A stretch of 63,836 nt of DNA, the filler included, from Collodictyon triciliatum (taxonomy: Eukaryota): assembly GCA_043381765.1 (NCBI GenBank). It is 5 parts of 5 records of this genome, joined end to end, with 100 filler letters (N's around TTAATTAATTAA, not from the genome) between each part and the next. Parts side by side here need not be neighbours in the genome. Positions count along the whole stretch, not along the records: positions 1 to 17,395 come from JBHJMP010001462.1; 4 more parts are not named here. One strand, 5' to 3'. The position numbers and the translations under genes are program-made. Below are positions 1 to 15,002 of the stretch, piece after piece; positions within the stretch are counted from its first letter, which is position 1; the number at the start of each line of letters is the position of its first letter. The notes under the pieces are model-generated. The model was not told the DNA's origin and did no database searches. It saw nothing but the letters and a program-made list of their open reading frames with translations.

Positions 1-199
1 AAAGAAAAAAACAAAGAAAAAAACAAAGAAAAAAACAAAGAAAAAAACAAAGAAAAAAACAAAGAAAAAAACAAAGAAAAAAACAAAGAAAAAAACAAAT
101 AAAAAAAACAAAGAAAAAAAACAAAGAGAAAAACAAAGAGAAAAACAAAGAGAAAACAAAGAGAAAACAAAGAGAAAACAAAGAAAGCTATACAAAAAG

Positions 200-3127
200 A
201 AAGGATATTCTGGTTGCATGTATCTACATCTTTGAGTGCCACTTTTGGAATTATATTCATATCCGGTATATCGTTGATGGAGATTTTGGAATTCCAGTAA
301 GGTGGATGCTCAAGCTGTGAACCCTCAACCGAAACCCATAGAAGCTGCAAATTAACTGGGTGGAATTGATAAATACAAATATTTAATGCGAGAAGTATTT
401 TTCTTCTTTGTGGTATGATAATGGGAATTACTAAAATAGTGAAATATGCAAAGATAGACGAAATTATTAAGCAATTTAAACATATGTATGAAATTTGAAA
501 ATATGTTTCTACAAAAACAAAAAACAAAAAACAAAAAACAAAAAACAAAAAACAAAAAACAAAAAACGAAGTCAGTATGTAATCGTAAGGACAAACGAAA
601 CGAAGATTCTGCGCTTTTCCTCTCCACAGGAGTGATTTCCTTATTGTTCAGCTTCACCAAAGAAGGCAGCCGGAAAACAACATATGATTCAAATAAAGCC
701 AAGGATGACACCGGGTTCTGGGAAGTACTGTAATACGCATATTAAACTCTCCGGTGACATCTCAATTTGATTTTCTTATGTATAGAGTATAATATTGTTT
801 GTAATACTTCTACCTTAATTCCTTCAATTCCAGCGGAACCAATGAATCAATTTGAAACAGGGATTTGAATTGGTTATTGGTCAGATGAAGAGCATTGAAT
901 TTACCTATTTTCCTCACTATCCTTGGTATCATTCTGCGCAAAAATCTTATTAATTAAAGGGTTTGAATCAAATGATTCATATTAAACATCTCTAAAAATT
1001 TGGCGCATACTTTGTAAATTCATCAAAATTAACATTCTTGACCAAAAGTCCCTCCGAATTCAATTTTATGCATTCTGTATTGTCATTTGCTGATTGTTTC
1101 TGAGTTTCCGGGCTTCGGGAGATATTTTCAAATATATATGTTTATCTGGTGAGGATTCCATAACAATATGTAGGCATCATAATTAATTACATGGAATACG
1201 GAACTAAGACTTACTCAATGTTAATTTCTTGTCCCTGCACTGCTTTTCGATCTTCAGAAGACAATGATGGTGCCTGTTTTGGAATATTTTCCACTGATAT
1301 GCTATTCTGTATTTCAAATTAAATACAACTTTTAAATATATTTCCGCATGAATGATGTCACACTCATTAAAAAGCTGTCCATGAGCCAATCTATTCTCCT
1401 CTACAACGAAAATTTTACTGAAAATCCAGTTATGTTCAATGTTTGTGTTGATTCGGTACTTGGACGGCTGCTGTCGGGAATATCTGCGCAAATGATGCCA
1501 ACGTAAATGATGATGAGAGTTGACACGGAAAATACAAAGTTGTAGACAGAATCTCATATGAATTCTGATTGTGTTATCATTCCTGACCATCTGAATACCG
1601 AAACTTCGTAAAATCTATATTCGACGCAGATATTTCATAATTTTTCCAAATCCTAGTATGATGGTTTATTTCTAGATAAATTCCAACATCAAAACACATG
1701 ATACAAATAACAATTTGTACCACACACTCTTTAAAATCAAATAAATTTAATTAAAAATTCAGTAACAACCCTCTCGGTTGTTCTTGATCTTGCTCACTGA
1801 CGGAAAATTTGGATATCAGAGGCGGTGTCAGAATGTCAGATAACTACAATACAATTTAGACAATAGTCTGTTCATGACCTCGCTCTGAATAAACAATTAC
1901 GCTGCACAAATATTTATCCATTTAGGAAGAGAAAAAAAAGGGGTTTACTTGTAAACTCGAGTCAGTTCCTAACTTTGGTTTCTCAAATTGTTGGATTGGA
2001 CGAGAATCAAGCAGTTTGAGGGCTCTCAACTGAACGGAATGGTTTATGAAAGAAAAAGTAAGTATTTTGGTCAGATTCCATTATATTAACTTTACCTTTT
2101 GAGGTATTATTCCCGGATAGCTGTCTTCTAAGGATATCGGATTTCCATCCAAAGATAATTCTGCAGAATTCGATTTATGTAAGGCAATATATTTCGGCAT
2201 TCAAAATAAATATTAAACGTCCCTAATATGATAACATTTTGGTTTCTTATGTACCATATGGATTCAAATAGAAAGCCAAAGCCAAAGCCAAAGCCAAAGC
2301 CAAAGCCAAAGCCAAAGCCAAAGCCAAAGCCAATGCAAATATGGTAATTACCTGTTAGCTGATAAAGATCAAAGATTGCAGAAACATCTTCGATGGTCTT
2401 TATCTGATTCGAAGATAAATAGAGTCTTTGGAGATTTCGCAGATATTGAACACCATTCAAATTCTCTATCTAATATGAGCATATAAGGAAATTAAAATAA
2501 CAAGAATATTGACAAGACCAAAGTCACAAAGACATACAATCCAATTTTAACAGACCAAATTCCTCCTTAGGTTCAATTCTACCAACGTGGTTATTTGCTC
2601 TATGTGAGATATCCTCTTAATCATATTTCCTAGTATGGCGATGCATTAGTAAATATGCAATCAATAGGGTCACGAATTCTATCTTTTGTTTTGATGTTAT
2701 TAAGCATTCAAAACATAATAAATAAAGCAACAGAGTGAACTACCTGCTAGGTTAAGAATCCTTAATTCTTCCAAATGACCGAGATTCTCTATTTTCGGCA
2801 TAATAGAAACAAAAGTAAACAAAAAAAAAATTGGCTCTAGAATACATGGTAGTGTGTAGGTTGATAATTGCACAATTACAAATTTGATAAATGTATTCAG
2901 TAATATCAACTATATCAAACCTATTTTTTCTATCTGGTTGCTGTGAAGGTCCAAAACGTCCAGATATCGGACTGGACCTAAGTTCTCAATTCTTCTTATT
3001 TGATTTTTACCCAGCATTAGGACCCTTAGCCCGGGGACTTGCTCAAGGTTCTCGATATCCTACAACGCATGGGCACAATATTATGATTTGAAAGTTGGAA
3101 ATCAAAGATAAAAAGACTTATCAAGAA

Positions 3128-3210
<83 letters not shown>

Positions 3211-3240
3211 ACAAATAATAAATAAATAATAAATAAATAA

Positions 3241-3276
<36 letters not shown>

Positions 3277-3299
3277 AAATTAATAAATTAATAAATTAA

Positions 3300-3330
<31 letters not shown>

Positions 3331-5935
3331 ACAAATAATAAATAAATAAATAAAATAAATGGAGATTTAATAGCACTCTACAGTGCTTTGAATCGGACGA
3401 TAGATTTCTCTCGCCTATTTTAACAAAATTCTAGAGTATTCTACGAAAAAAAACTTTTCAAAGTAGTCTAAGTCCATACCTTTATATGATTGTTATAGAG
3501 ATCTAAGAATATGAGACTTCGTAAGGCTGCTAGGTGATCTATTCTTTCGATCATATTCCCTTGTAAATTCAGCAACTTGAGTTGTTCTTCCCCTTTGAAT
3601 ACTGGAATGGACTAAATGAAGGTGATGATAATACAAAAAAAATAATAATGAAAACCTCTGTCTGCCTTTCTTCATTCAGAAAAATTCCGTGAACAAGCAA
3701 AACAAAAAACTTAAACACTTGATGAATACAAATAATATCAATTTTTCCTTACAATCAGTCTTCTTCTACTGAGATTAATACGGTCTTGACTGGCTTCTCG
3801 GGCTTCGACAGACCTCATCATATATATTTTTCCTGGTGTACTGGTTGAGTTTACCACAAAAATACCGTAGGAGCTGAGGTCATCAGCATGAACTGGTACG
3901 CGATTCTATATAGCGTTTCTTCTTTTCAACAAATTCGTTTGACTTTAAATAATAATGAAGAATGTAATAAAGCAACTAAAATAGTTATGGAAACACACCA
4001 TATACATAAATAAAATATCTACAATAAAAGTATATGTAATAAAAAAATGCTAGAAGACAGAAAGAAATACCAGAAAGAAAAGTAAAAAAAAAAAAGATGA
4101 AAAGAAAACAAGTGGGTTATAAGAGTGATTTCAAAAGAAAACTTACCATATGCAATTGTGTATTATCCGATTCTGAAAGTTCGTAATCCTACATTGTTAT
4201 GTTTCGATATAAGGCATCGCATCTACAATTTTTTTGAAATTAAAAGGACAAAAATGAAGCGATTTTATCAGTGACAGATACATGCCCCGTTTCTTGGCGG
4301 TTTCAAAGGACGATACGATGGAACCAGTCCAACACCTTTGATAGTTAAAGCGCTGTTTAGTCATTTTTAATTTTTTTGGCATATATGTTTTAATTCTGTA
4401 GCTGTATATTGCTGTTTTCTGTTTCTTCCGGACAAATCTTTTCCTTCGAGTATCAGCTCCTTCAAAGCAAATATCGAGGTTGTTTTAAATCAAAACTAGC
4501 TTGTCACCTGAAGCAGCAAGTGGATTAACATCACGACTGGGATGCCCTCCCGTGCTTTTTGGTCTATTGGACTGGTTACTTGCAGAGCTCGGGCGGTGCT
4601 GAAGATACTGTTGCTGTTGCTGCGCCAACTGTTGTTGTAATAATTGTAGTTGCGCAGATGATTGCATTTCGTTAAGAGACCTGCGTGCAGAATGTGATGT
4701 CAATGCATTTTTTTTTGTTAAAGCCTTTGATATTTAATAAAATTTCAAACGTCAAATCATTTAGAGGGGAAGAAAGATAGCGGCACTGGAATATCCTCAA
4801 ATTAGATATGCGCCAAGGTAAGAGATATTACTGCGGTTTGGAAGGGCTGCGTTGTTGGCTCAGCCGCCTGGAGTTGTATGGATTGTTATACGCCGCGATG
4901 TTTGGACTCATTGACATGGATATCACGGAAGGATTTCGCCCGCGTGCAGCAGTACCCCCGTACGTAGCAGAAAATTGGGATGGCATGGGAGATATAGCTC
5001 CGCCAGTAATCAGGGTAGAAGAAACGGTGCCAGTGGGATGGTTACTTTGAGGACCTACAGGTGCGATGAAGGGTATTCTATGATGAGCTTGAAACCACAC
5101 AGAGAAAAGTATACACGATCGACAAAAGGGATATTTGTATCAGTTTCATATTTAACACATGTACGGCGTTCCAATCTGTATTAGAGACATCGCGGGATGG
5201 GTGTAATTTTGATTTGCATTGAACTTATTGCAATAAAGAAAAGGATAAAATGTTGAGGTTAGAGGTCGAATAAATCATTTCTACACCTCGTCGATCGTTA
5301 CTGGATCTCACTGGAAGAGCAACTAGCTTCCCCCTACCAGAATGTATTATTTGGTTAAAGGAAAAAAGAATGTATTATTTGGTACAATGAAATGGCATGG
5401 AAGATACGAATATAATGAATGGCCATTTTTCATATCATATATATATATATCCAAGGATATACATCGCTGTTAATCCATGTGGTAATACAAAAAGATAGCA
5501 GCGAGGTTCTCATATTTTTTTTTTTTAAAAAAAAGGAAGAAAAGTAGATGTTGATTATTTGGCTTTCACAGAGCGGCTCATGCGCACCGCTCTTGATAAC
5601 ACAAGAGGGATATAGCAAATAGTATGCCGAATACATGAAGCTCATCCAACAAGTGCGTGAAACAAATAAACCAATAACACTTTGAAAAAAAAAGGGGAGA
5701 AATTGGAGTGAAAAAAGAATTAAAAGAAACCCGTCGAGTGGAGCCGAAAGCGGGCGACTGGCTTCGTTCATAGACAACCTTCTTGCACTGCACGTGCGTT
5801 TACCTTCGTAATAGTTTCAAAAAAGAAAAAAAGAAGCAAAGTATGAGAGAGCCATGAAGCAGGAAAACCATAAACAGAGGGAACGCTGGCAATAACACCA
5901 GCAGCGATCCGATCGGGGAGCTGCACTTTCTGCAT
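200..5935 (-). CDS. LRRC49: LRRC49-like leucine-rich repeat protein (tubulin polyglutamylase complex/centriolar satellite), about 20 exons, 3' end runs off the scaffold; start codon tentative
   Basis: Spliced exons read IPVFKGEEQLKLLNLQGNMIERIDHLAALRSLIFLDLYNN / LRVLMLGKNQIRRIENLGPVRYLDVLDLHSNQIEKIENLGHLEELRILNLAGN / LQRLYLSSNQI...LSLDGNPI, with C-terminal NPVSSLALFESYVVFRLP...KEITPVERKSAE. This matches LRRC49 as I recall it. The low-complexity N-terminal exons (4150-5935) are less certain. Confidence 0.85.
2272..2331. repeat. Intronic microsatellite (AAAGCC)n
   Basis: Read directly from the sequence. Confidence 0.95.
3126..3360. repeat. Intronic microsatellite (AAAT)n; similar tracts at about 36484-36595, 41615-41724 and 55519-55615
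   Basis: Read directly from the sequence. Confidence 0.95.
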
Positions 5936-6150
5936 GTTTGGTCACTTTCTCTCTCTCTCTCATACTTTCTACTTTGCTTGACAAGTGTAAAAGTAAACTC
6001 AAGAAGATAGAAAGACTGAAAGAAAAAAGGAAAAAAGCACACGCGGTGCACTCATGCAGGAAGTGGAAAATATGAGCTAGGCCATGAATTTGTGAATCAT
6101 GCCATATATGGATGGGTTGGTAAAAACGGTTTGACGCAGTTGGCAAAAAG

Positions 6151-6222
6151 TTCCGATACCGGGAATCGAACCCGGGTTGTGTGGGTGAAAGCCACATGTG
6201 CTACCGACTACACCATATCGGA
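6151..6222 (-). tRNA. tRNA-Glu (anticodon TTC), intronless
   Basis: Reverse complement is TCCGATATGGTGTAGTCGGTAGCACATGTGGCTTTCACCCACACAACCCGGGTTCGATTCCCGGTATCGGAA: acceptor stem TCCGATA/TATCGGA, anticodon arm TGTGG-CT TTC AC-CCACA, T-loop GGTTCGATTCC, followed by a T5 Pol III terminator. Confidence 0.97.
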
Positions 6223-6300
6223 TGGATGTGCGAAATGAGGAATATATATATTATATTCTATTCTATAATAGATGAATATACCTTTATTATATTTTATTAT

Positions 6301-6410
6301 ATGCTTTAATAGATAAATATACATATTATATTGTATTATATGCTATAATAGATAAATATACATATTATATTGTATTATATGCTATAATAGATAAATATAC
6401 ATATTATATT
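6301..6410. repeat. 39-bp AT-rich tandem repeat (about 2.8 copies) running into the assembly gap at 6411-6637
   Basis: Unit ATGCTATAATAGATAAATATACATATTATATTGTATTAT starts at 6301, 6340 and 6379. Confidence 0.85.
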
Positions 6411-6775
6411 NNNNNNNNNNNNNNNNNNNNNNNNNNNNNNNNNNNNNNNNNNNNNNNNNNNNNNNNNNNNNNNNNNNNNNNNNNNNNNNNNNNNNNNNNN
6501 NNNNNNNNNNNNNNNNNNNNNNNNNNNNNNNNNNNNNNNNNNNNNNNNNNNNNNNNNNNNNNNNNNNNNNNNNNNNNNNNNNNNNNNNNNNNNNNNNNNN
6601 NNNNNNNNNNNNNNNNNNNNNNNNNNNNNNNNNNNNNAAACCAAAAAAACCAAAAAAAACCAAAAAAAACCAAAAAAACCAAAAAAAAACCAAAAAAAAC
6701 CAAAAAAACCAAAAAAAAACCAAAAAAACCAAAAAAAAACCGTCGTCTCTATGAGAAACTGACACTCCTGTCTCA

Positions 6776-9700
6776 ATGTTTAATTCAGGAAAGCCATTCC
6801 AACCAATGCGCCTCTCTGTCCCTGCGCGACCGTCTTCAAGTACATCGACAGGCACAACGCACACAACTTCGACTGCAAATCCTTTTACTTTGCAGACGCC
6901 ACCACCCATTCCGCCTTCGCGTGGCACGCACGGCAGCACGTCCTTTGGCAATCTGGACGACCACTCCAAAGACGTTATCTACAGTGCAGACACATCTCAT
7001 GTCAAGGTAATAGAAGTCCTTGTTTGCTGCCTACAAAAGCCTCCTATAGGTCTTCCTTGCACTTCTTTATCCTCCCAATGGTTTTTATTTGGTTCAGTTT
7101 TTCATCGTTGTCATTATCGTTATTCATATTCATATTAGCATGTATAATAATAGGAGATGCTTTTTATTGGTTGCATTAATTGTATTAATATTGTGTACCT
7201 CCTCGTTACATATCTACGATTCGTTGTGTCAATTTATTGAAATCGTTATGTTATGTCGTCATGTGTGATTTAAAGTTTGATATTTTTTTTTATTTTAATG
7301 ATTTTTGTGTGGCGGAGTAAATGAAATGTGCCAATGACGGTCTGCATAACTAAATCAGCCAAGCTTTATGAACTCATCAGCCAGTCAGAGGTATGTTTTA
7401 CCGTACCATTTTTTTGACCATAATCGCCACAGGTCACAATCCGACTTAGGCCCGTTCCACGAGATGAAAAGTCCATCTGCTGGACAAGCAAAGAAAATAC
7501 AAGTCTCTTGTGCCTTCAAAACCCAGGGTTTGCCAAATACCGATGTTTTTATTCTGCTTCCATGTCATTCTCTTTCTCCCTAGTGACATGTTTCTCATCG
7601 ATATTCATGTTTTGTACACTGTGAATATTTACCCTTCAGATTTGTGAATTTCCCGGTTAAACAATAGGGATAAAAACAAGCAAATACACGAAGTTGCATT
7701 TGACAAGATATTAGGAATGGACGCTACCCAATCTGACATGTTTTCTGAAGTTGCACGTCCATTATGTGATTCTGTTCTAGACGGATTCAATGCGTGCTGT
7801 TTCGCGTACGGGCAGACGGGCTCTGGAAAGACATACAGGTTTGGTTATAATGGGTTGTAATGATTTCACACACCCCTGGTACAATCTTTCAAAAAAATAA
7901 GTAAATCAAAACTATGCGTTGCATCTAAGTGAATCTCCTTACAGCATGGTGGGAGAAAATGGAGAAAAGAGAGGGATTATATCGCGATCTATGGAATACA
8001 TTTTTTCCACCATTCGAAGACGGTCCGGAACCAACAGAAAATACTCTATTTTTGTGTCTCTTTTAGGTACTTTTCTCTTTCAATAAGAATTTAACACGAA
8101 AACTTCTACTCTGCCATTTGTATGAATGAATAGCATATGCAATATCCCCTTACATACATTCTTCTGGAGATTGACCGTTGTTTTTATCATATAAAACAGA
8201 AATATATTTGGACCAGATTGGTGATCTCGGAAAAGCGTAAAACCACATAGATCGTCCTTCGATACGACATACACCATCCAGATTATATTTTAAATGAACG
8301 ATTGTATTCGCTGTATTACTAGATATATTAGTTATTTACCAGCAATATCAATTTCAGGTATCTAGATGAAGTAAAAAAAAGGAGCCCTACTTTAAGACCA
8401 AGGCACATTTTTTTTTTTAAAAAAAAAGCATAATTAATTCTCGATTTTCGAAAATCTTAAATGCTAGATTTAATGTAAGATCGTTCAACGAAAGTCTTTC
8501 ATAAATTTTGGGTGTATTTTTCTTTCTTATTACTCTAAAAGGTCTCGTAGTGATTATTGAAATTTTAAATTTACATTACTCTGTAAAATGCAAATCAATC
8601 AGCTCTGGGATTCGACGTAGTGCAAGAGATTTGACGGCGAGAGATGTAGTCACCCAATTATCATTCATTTTCAAATACAGAGGGGGTTCTATACTCACTG
8701 AATTGAATTATAGGATGAAGACCCCGAGCAGCCATCTCTTGAAATCAGAGAGAGACCAGACGGTCTAATTTATGTGAAAGACCTGTCCTTGCACGCAGTG
8801 AACACACCTGAGGAGGTCTTGTTTGCGTTAAATTATAAGCTTAATCTCAGCAAATGACCAATATCATATTTTTTTCCTTACCCTTTATTGGCTTTCTTAC
8901 AAATAGGTTGATGCTATCATTCGAGCAGGTTTCGCAAAACGAGCCACTTTTGAGACATCACTGAATCCAATATCGTCTCGTTCACATACAATATTCACGG
9001 TCCATATTGTCAGGACAGGTTTGGGAAATACCATTTTTCCTCTCTTATTTTACATATGTGGTATAATTCGGCTATACCCTTTTTTTTTTTTTTAAAAAAA
9101 AAATTAATTAAAGGAGCCATCTCGTTCTTGATATAAACTTAATGAATTTCACAAACATAACCAAAATTATTCTCATTTTTCCGTACCCATTCCCATCGCC
9201 AGAATTCCCTCATTTCATTTTTTAATTGAGTATATTCCACTCTCCCACTCGAAGATTCAACAACGAATACGGACTCTACGACCGGGCTTCTCCACCTTGT
9301 CGACCTGGCTGGTTCTGAAAGGCTGGATAAAAGTCATTCGGAAGGTCAAAGGCTGAAGGTCGGGATCGTATATATTTGCTATTGCAAAATATACAAGTTT
9401 AAAGCACTCATGTTAATTTTTTGCTTAAATCTAAATAATCAAGAAAATTAAATTCAATAAAAAAATCAGACTATAATTTTCCTGAGAAAAATAATAGGAG
9501 GCTGTCATCATCAATAAAAGCTTGAGTGCGCTGGGAAATGTTGTTATTGCTTTGAATAGAGGGGATGCAAAGCATATTCCGTATCGAGATAGGTTACCAA
9601 ATACATTTGATTGTGGATATGCTATTTTCATAAATATCATAATTATTATAGTATGATTTTTGATCAAGTAATATTATACAGCAAGTTGACTCGATTGCTT

Positions 9701-12700
9701 CAGAACAGTCTTGGTATACTTTGAAACGGAATCTATTTTTTTTATCAAAAAATTATCTAAGTTATGAAAGAAAAAGAAGGAAATCGATTCATTTAATTGG
9801 GTAAAATGAGCTTCGGTTTCTGAGACAATTTGTAATTAGGGGGCAACTCATACACAACTGTTCTGGGAACTTTGAACCCTCTTATTCAAAACTATGAGGA
9901 ATGCTTGGCCACGTTGCAGTTTGGAAATCGTTGTAGAAACGTTCAGAATCAGGTTCATGAAATGCGAAATGTTTTCCCATTATTATACATGTTTTTTTTT
10001 TTTTTTTAAAAAAAAAGAACTTCTGATTTTGTTGCAAATTCAATTTTAAATTTACAAAAATAATAAAAGTTACTGAACTGATGAAATATACTCTAAATTT
10101 ACAAAAAATAAATAAATTGAAATATCGAATTCAGCCGCATGTTAACTATTTGGACCTCAACACTGATGGGTGTGTATCTTCATATATATCATTTATGAAA
10201 TATCTCAGAAATCTTTATATTTTATTCAACTGAAGCTGCAGACATGAACTTTAAAAATCGAAATCCTACAGACAGGAGAAACGAATCAAGAAGCTTTTAG
10301 CTGAAGTGGCTGCTTTGAAAGCAGAACTTGCAGGTAATCTCGATGGCAGAATGTATTCCTTTTTTTTTTTTTAAAAAAAAAGAAGAGATTTTAAATTCCA
10401 TATACTGTTGGTTTTTATACTCGTATTTCTGTCAGCTCATTTTATGTATATTCATATCTCAGATTGCAAGCGGATATGCGCAGAGAAAATTGTCCAAGAA
10501 CCAAGAATAGTGTATTTCATATCCCTTTTATTTTAGATTCTGTTTAAATTAAGTGAAGAGATAATATTTTCACTTTTTATTTCAAAACGATAATATCTTT
10601 TCTTTTCTTTGATCCATTGCCTTTTGATTTTTCTATATCTCAGATTGGACACAAAGTCACCGGAGGTTATCGCCCAGGACGTTTCTTCGGACGATGATGA
10701 TTTCTCTCCGACTTACAGAAAATCGTTGAATGCAGGGCCTCGCCCAATCAGCGCCAGTGACCGTAGGGAAATGCTTATCACATAATACTAACATCAGTGT
10801 TTGCTAAACTCGTTTATGTGAATCAAATATCTTTTACTTATTTGTTTTTCTTATCATTTAATTTAATGTATACCACCTTTTTACGACGCGTTCAGGCTCT
10901 GTTAGTAGATACCGAAGAGACACTCACAATGAGGTGGGGCGTATACGGAGATTTTTTTTCCTTTATTCGATTCAAAATGGGGTGTATACGGAGATAAATA
11001 ACATCAAATGATTATTTCTTTAATTGTCAAGCCCCAACTACCTAAAAAATGAACATTTATATTAAATGTTAACGAGAAACATTTTTTTTCGTTATACACA
11101 TACTTTTTAAAATATTCAAGCCACCCGGACGAAGGCAAGTATATGACAAGGTTTGTCACCTATGGTAGTACACATTTCACATGCGCAGCGTATTCTTTAT
11201 AAACCTTCCTTTTTAAAAGATAAGGCGGAGTATCAATTTTTTCCTATAAAATCTTATAAATCACATATAGGCCCTGGTAGACAGTTATCGACAAAAAATT
11301 GCGCAGCTATCGCAAACAATCGAGGCATTAATAACTAACTAAAATATAATATGTTATGAATTCTTGTCAGAAGGAATATAAATATATGGAGGATTAACCT
11401 TTTTTATGTTCTAGGATATTATTGTAAATAAATGATTGAATGCATATAGTTTTAACAACTGCTTTTTTTCATTTTGCCCAGACATTTAGACAAGAGCAGA
11501 CGAATAGATTAGAACAGCAATCAAAGACCCATGAATCAAACCTGAATAGAATTCTAGGTCTGCTATCTATATTATACACTTTGCACAAAAGTCTTTCTTT
11601 TTAATCTAAGATTTTTTTTTTAATCTTGCCGTCATCCTTAAAGAAAATAGCCGGCGCCTACTCGATGACCAAATACAAATGGGAAACACTGTACAAAGTT
11701 TACAGAAACAAGAAAAGGCATGCCCTAACACTTTGCTGTTTTGTGATTATCTTTGGAAAGATGAAACTTTACTGACATGTTGCATTTATTTTCAGTCAAG
11801 TAGAATCAACGAAAAAATCGATGCAGAAAGACAGTATTTACACAATTTGAGGGAAATGGAACGGGGACAGGTGCATTTGATTTTTTCTCTTTGCTCAAAG
11901 AATAAATTGAATAGGTAGAAGATTATTACCTGATTTTTTTTTTTAGCAACAAATAGTTGTGGAATTGAAGGCAAAATACGAATACTTGCTCCAAACCAAA
12001 GCAGAAGAACTGAGGCATATCCAGGTGAAATCACATCCATTTGTTACAATTTCATGAGATATAAAAAAATCTGATGAAAGCTTAATTATCAACAAACCAG
12101 GAAGTGCATAGGCAATTGTTAGATGATAAGGGTTTAATGGTCGAAAATCTCCAAAATGAGATATGTTACTTGTATGAATACCTCCAAAAAGTCACAGGCA
12201 TAATTGAAAATATCGACCTTGGGTATATTTCTCTGCAGCATTATATATTGCGATCCTAATTGACTTCATCTTCCCATCTTCCTTCTTGGTGTGTATCAAA
12301 GTTTATTGAAACAGCACTTAATTTCACATATCCTGCTTTATTTTTATCACCAGAGTATATCCAGTGCGTTCAAAATTTGGAGTTCGTACATTTACCATTC
12401 CCAAAGGCCATCGCCCAGGAAATCTTGACTTGGACATTTGCAAGCATGTCCAGAAACTATCCATCCAAGCAGATAAGGTTGCATGAGGATTTTCTTTTTG
12501 TTTTGTGACAGATTCATACGTTCTGCCTTCCGGATTACTGGATTAGTAGTGACTATATGCTTTATGTTAGATTCTAAAGAAACAAGAACAACTTCATGAA
12601 GAATCAAGAACTAGACTGAAACAGAATGAATCCGAAGCACCAAATATCATAGTTTCTGACCAAGAGCTATACGATTATCCATTAGAAAAATTGGTATTTG

Positions 12701-13835
12701 CGATATACACCCTGATATAATTGTCCAACAAGCTAATATATTCACATCGCAAGAGTATGAAGCTATTCAACTTTGCAAAATTTTAGAACTCTGCTGGACT
12801 TCGTTACCTATGCACCCGTTTGCGCTTAAGAGGAAGTGGTATCAATGCTTTATAATACCCTTATATATATTTTTGTTTGTTGTATCATATGTGACGTGTA
12901 ATCATTCATATCTTTTCATTAAAGTTTCATACTTGATTTTTGCATCATTTCAGCTTACTCAACTTCTATACCATCGCCTATTTAGATACCCCGCCCCCTT
13001 CAACACGTATTGCCATTAATTACATTCAAGGATATGTTTTTGTTCAGGAAATTTAATCAGGATTTCCGATACATAGAAATATCATAAAATTAACTCACTA
13101 ACGCCCCTAAAGTGGAGCACTGATTGTTTGATCATTACATATATACTTTTTTTTTCTGGTTAAGCGACAGGTGGCCCGGATTTACAGAGTGCAGACCATT
13201 ATGAAGCTGAGATTAGGCGCCTACAGACTGTGAGTAGATAATCTCTACCATCATAATATTGCATGGATTTTTTTTTTTAAAAAAATACATTCGCTCCTAT
13301 CAATTAATGCATTTTTCTCTTGTATTTTTTCCCTCCTTCCCCTCCTTCTTTTTCTGCGTATATCCCACATGAATTTGTATGGATGCTTAATAAATCCTCA
13401 GTTGCACCGAGAAGAGGTAAAAAAGAACCACGAAATGAGAATAGCCCTGTCATCGCAAGAGAGACTGTTGTCTAGGCAAGAATTTATCGAGAAAGCTGTC
13501 ACAACATCCATTTTTTCTGTTTTTTTTTTGTTTTTGTTTTGTTAAATTAACTGCTGATGCTCATTGCCATTGGTGTTCAACATACCAATACAAATCCTTC
13601 CATCCATAAAATGCATACAAATTGCAGGCGGATAGACGAACGAACTATTCCATCAAGACCAAACACTGCAAATAGTCGTTCGTTTGGCTCTGGCACGTGA
13701 GAGTTTGAATTCATTTAAAATTAAGGTCACAATAAATACCATCTTTTATTGCAATCAATTTAGTTGAAAACTTTCGAATATAGAGCCCAGTTCTCAAAGA
13801 CTTTTTCGGAAAAGCCTCACAACGTTTCATCATGA
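6776..13835 (+). CDS. Kinesin motor protein with N-terminal motor domain and coiled-coil tail, about 27 exons; last exon tentative
   Basis: Spliced motifs: KVTIRLRP, FDKILG...FNACCFAYGQTGSGKTYSM (P-loop), EIYLDQIGDL, SSRSHTIFTV (switch I), LHLVDLAGSER (switch II), [45 protein letters not shown], then heptad-rich exons. Confidence 0.95.
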
Positions 13836-15002
13836 CTTCGAATACCGTAATTTGCTTCAAAGAAGCTGATTATTTCTCGGATAATGCAAATAAACACAAT
13901 CCTGTTTGTTATTTATCCTACCGACTACTTGGAAGTGACCCTGAAGCGATTTCCATAATCTCACTTGGTGCAGTTAAATATGCAAAAAATAAAATAAAAA
14001 AACACTCTTAACGGGCAGCATCGATTCTGAACATGAGCTCTTTTTTTATGTTTCTTTGAACTTTTTTTTTAACTCTTTTTTTTTCAGACACATCGTGTCG
14101 CTCGCTCATTTAACGAAGTAGGAAAGGCAAACTGTTCTCTTGGCTATCGAATATTGTCAAGACAACGCATGGCCATTTCATTTTATGTCATCGCAAAGAA
14201 ATCCTCCTTTAGGAAAGGAAGCAGCCTCACTGCAGAGTCCGCCAATAAGGGTTCCACATACAAATTTCTGTAGCCTTTAAGTGATTTGACATTTGAAGAA
14301 ATACACGCAGTCCCTTTTGATTGCGATTTCCAGGCAGTGAAGTCTTTTACATGGCAGTATGGTATCTTTGATTCTCTTTATATGAACACGCCAAGCAAAG
14401 GCGTGCTTCTAAACGTCCCTTGTAATAACAATGTTTTTTTTTATCTCACACATCGTTTTTTCTTTCAATTTTTTTTTATTGAAACTAATCACACCATTGA
14501 ATATGGAGTTTTATCAAAATCAGCGAGCGAAGATGCTTTTTTTTCTTCTAAGAACCCTTGTGTGGTAAATCAATTCTCTTTGCCAAAGGCTATGGGGCAA
14601 TCGATTTTTCGGAGGCAGAAAAGTCACTATTCCTTGTCTCACAACCAACCAAATGGTTAATTTTTAAGTTAAAACGAAGTATATTGAATATCAACTTGTC
14701 TGAAAAAAAGCCCTTTTATTTTCCGATTGCTTCAAGTTGCTTGTGTAAAGATTTTTTTTTATATAAATGTCTTTTCCAATACTTTTTCGAATCACGGCAA
14801 AATGAAGGCGATTGAGAATCATTTCTGAGCGAGGCAAGGGAGTGTGAACACACAATCAGGATGGAGTGCGATGAAGAAAGCTGTTTCGCCGCTGGTGTGG
14901 AGAAACGCTTAGTTAATCTCATATTGGAGGTGGTACCAGAGCACCGAGTCCGGTGACACGCACCCAAGGCTCTCACCAGGACAAACGAAGGCAGAAGGGG
15001 AC

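Noticed and set aside
199..208. Perfect ATATCCTTTC U12-like donor on the minus strand near the end of LRRC49
   Set aside because: The 3' partner lies beyond the scaffold end and a GT donor exists just upstream, so it cannot be tested here.
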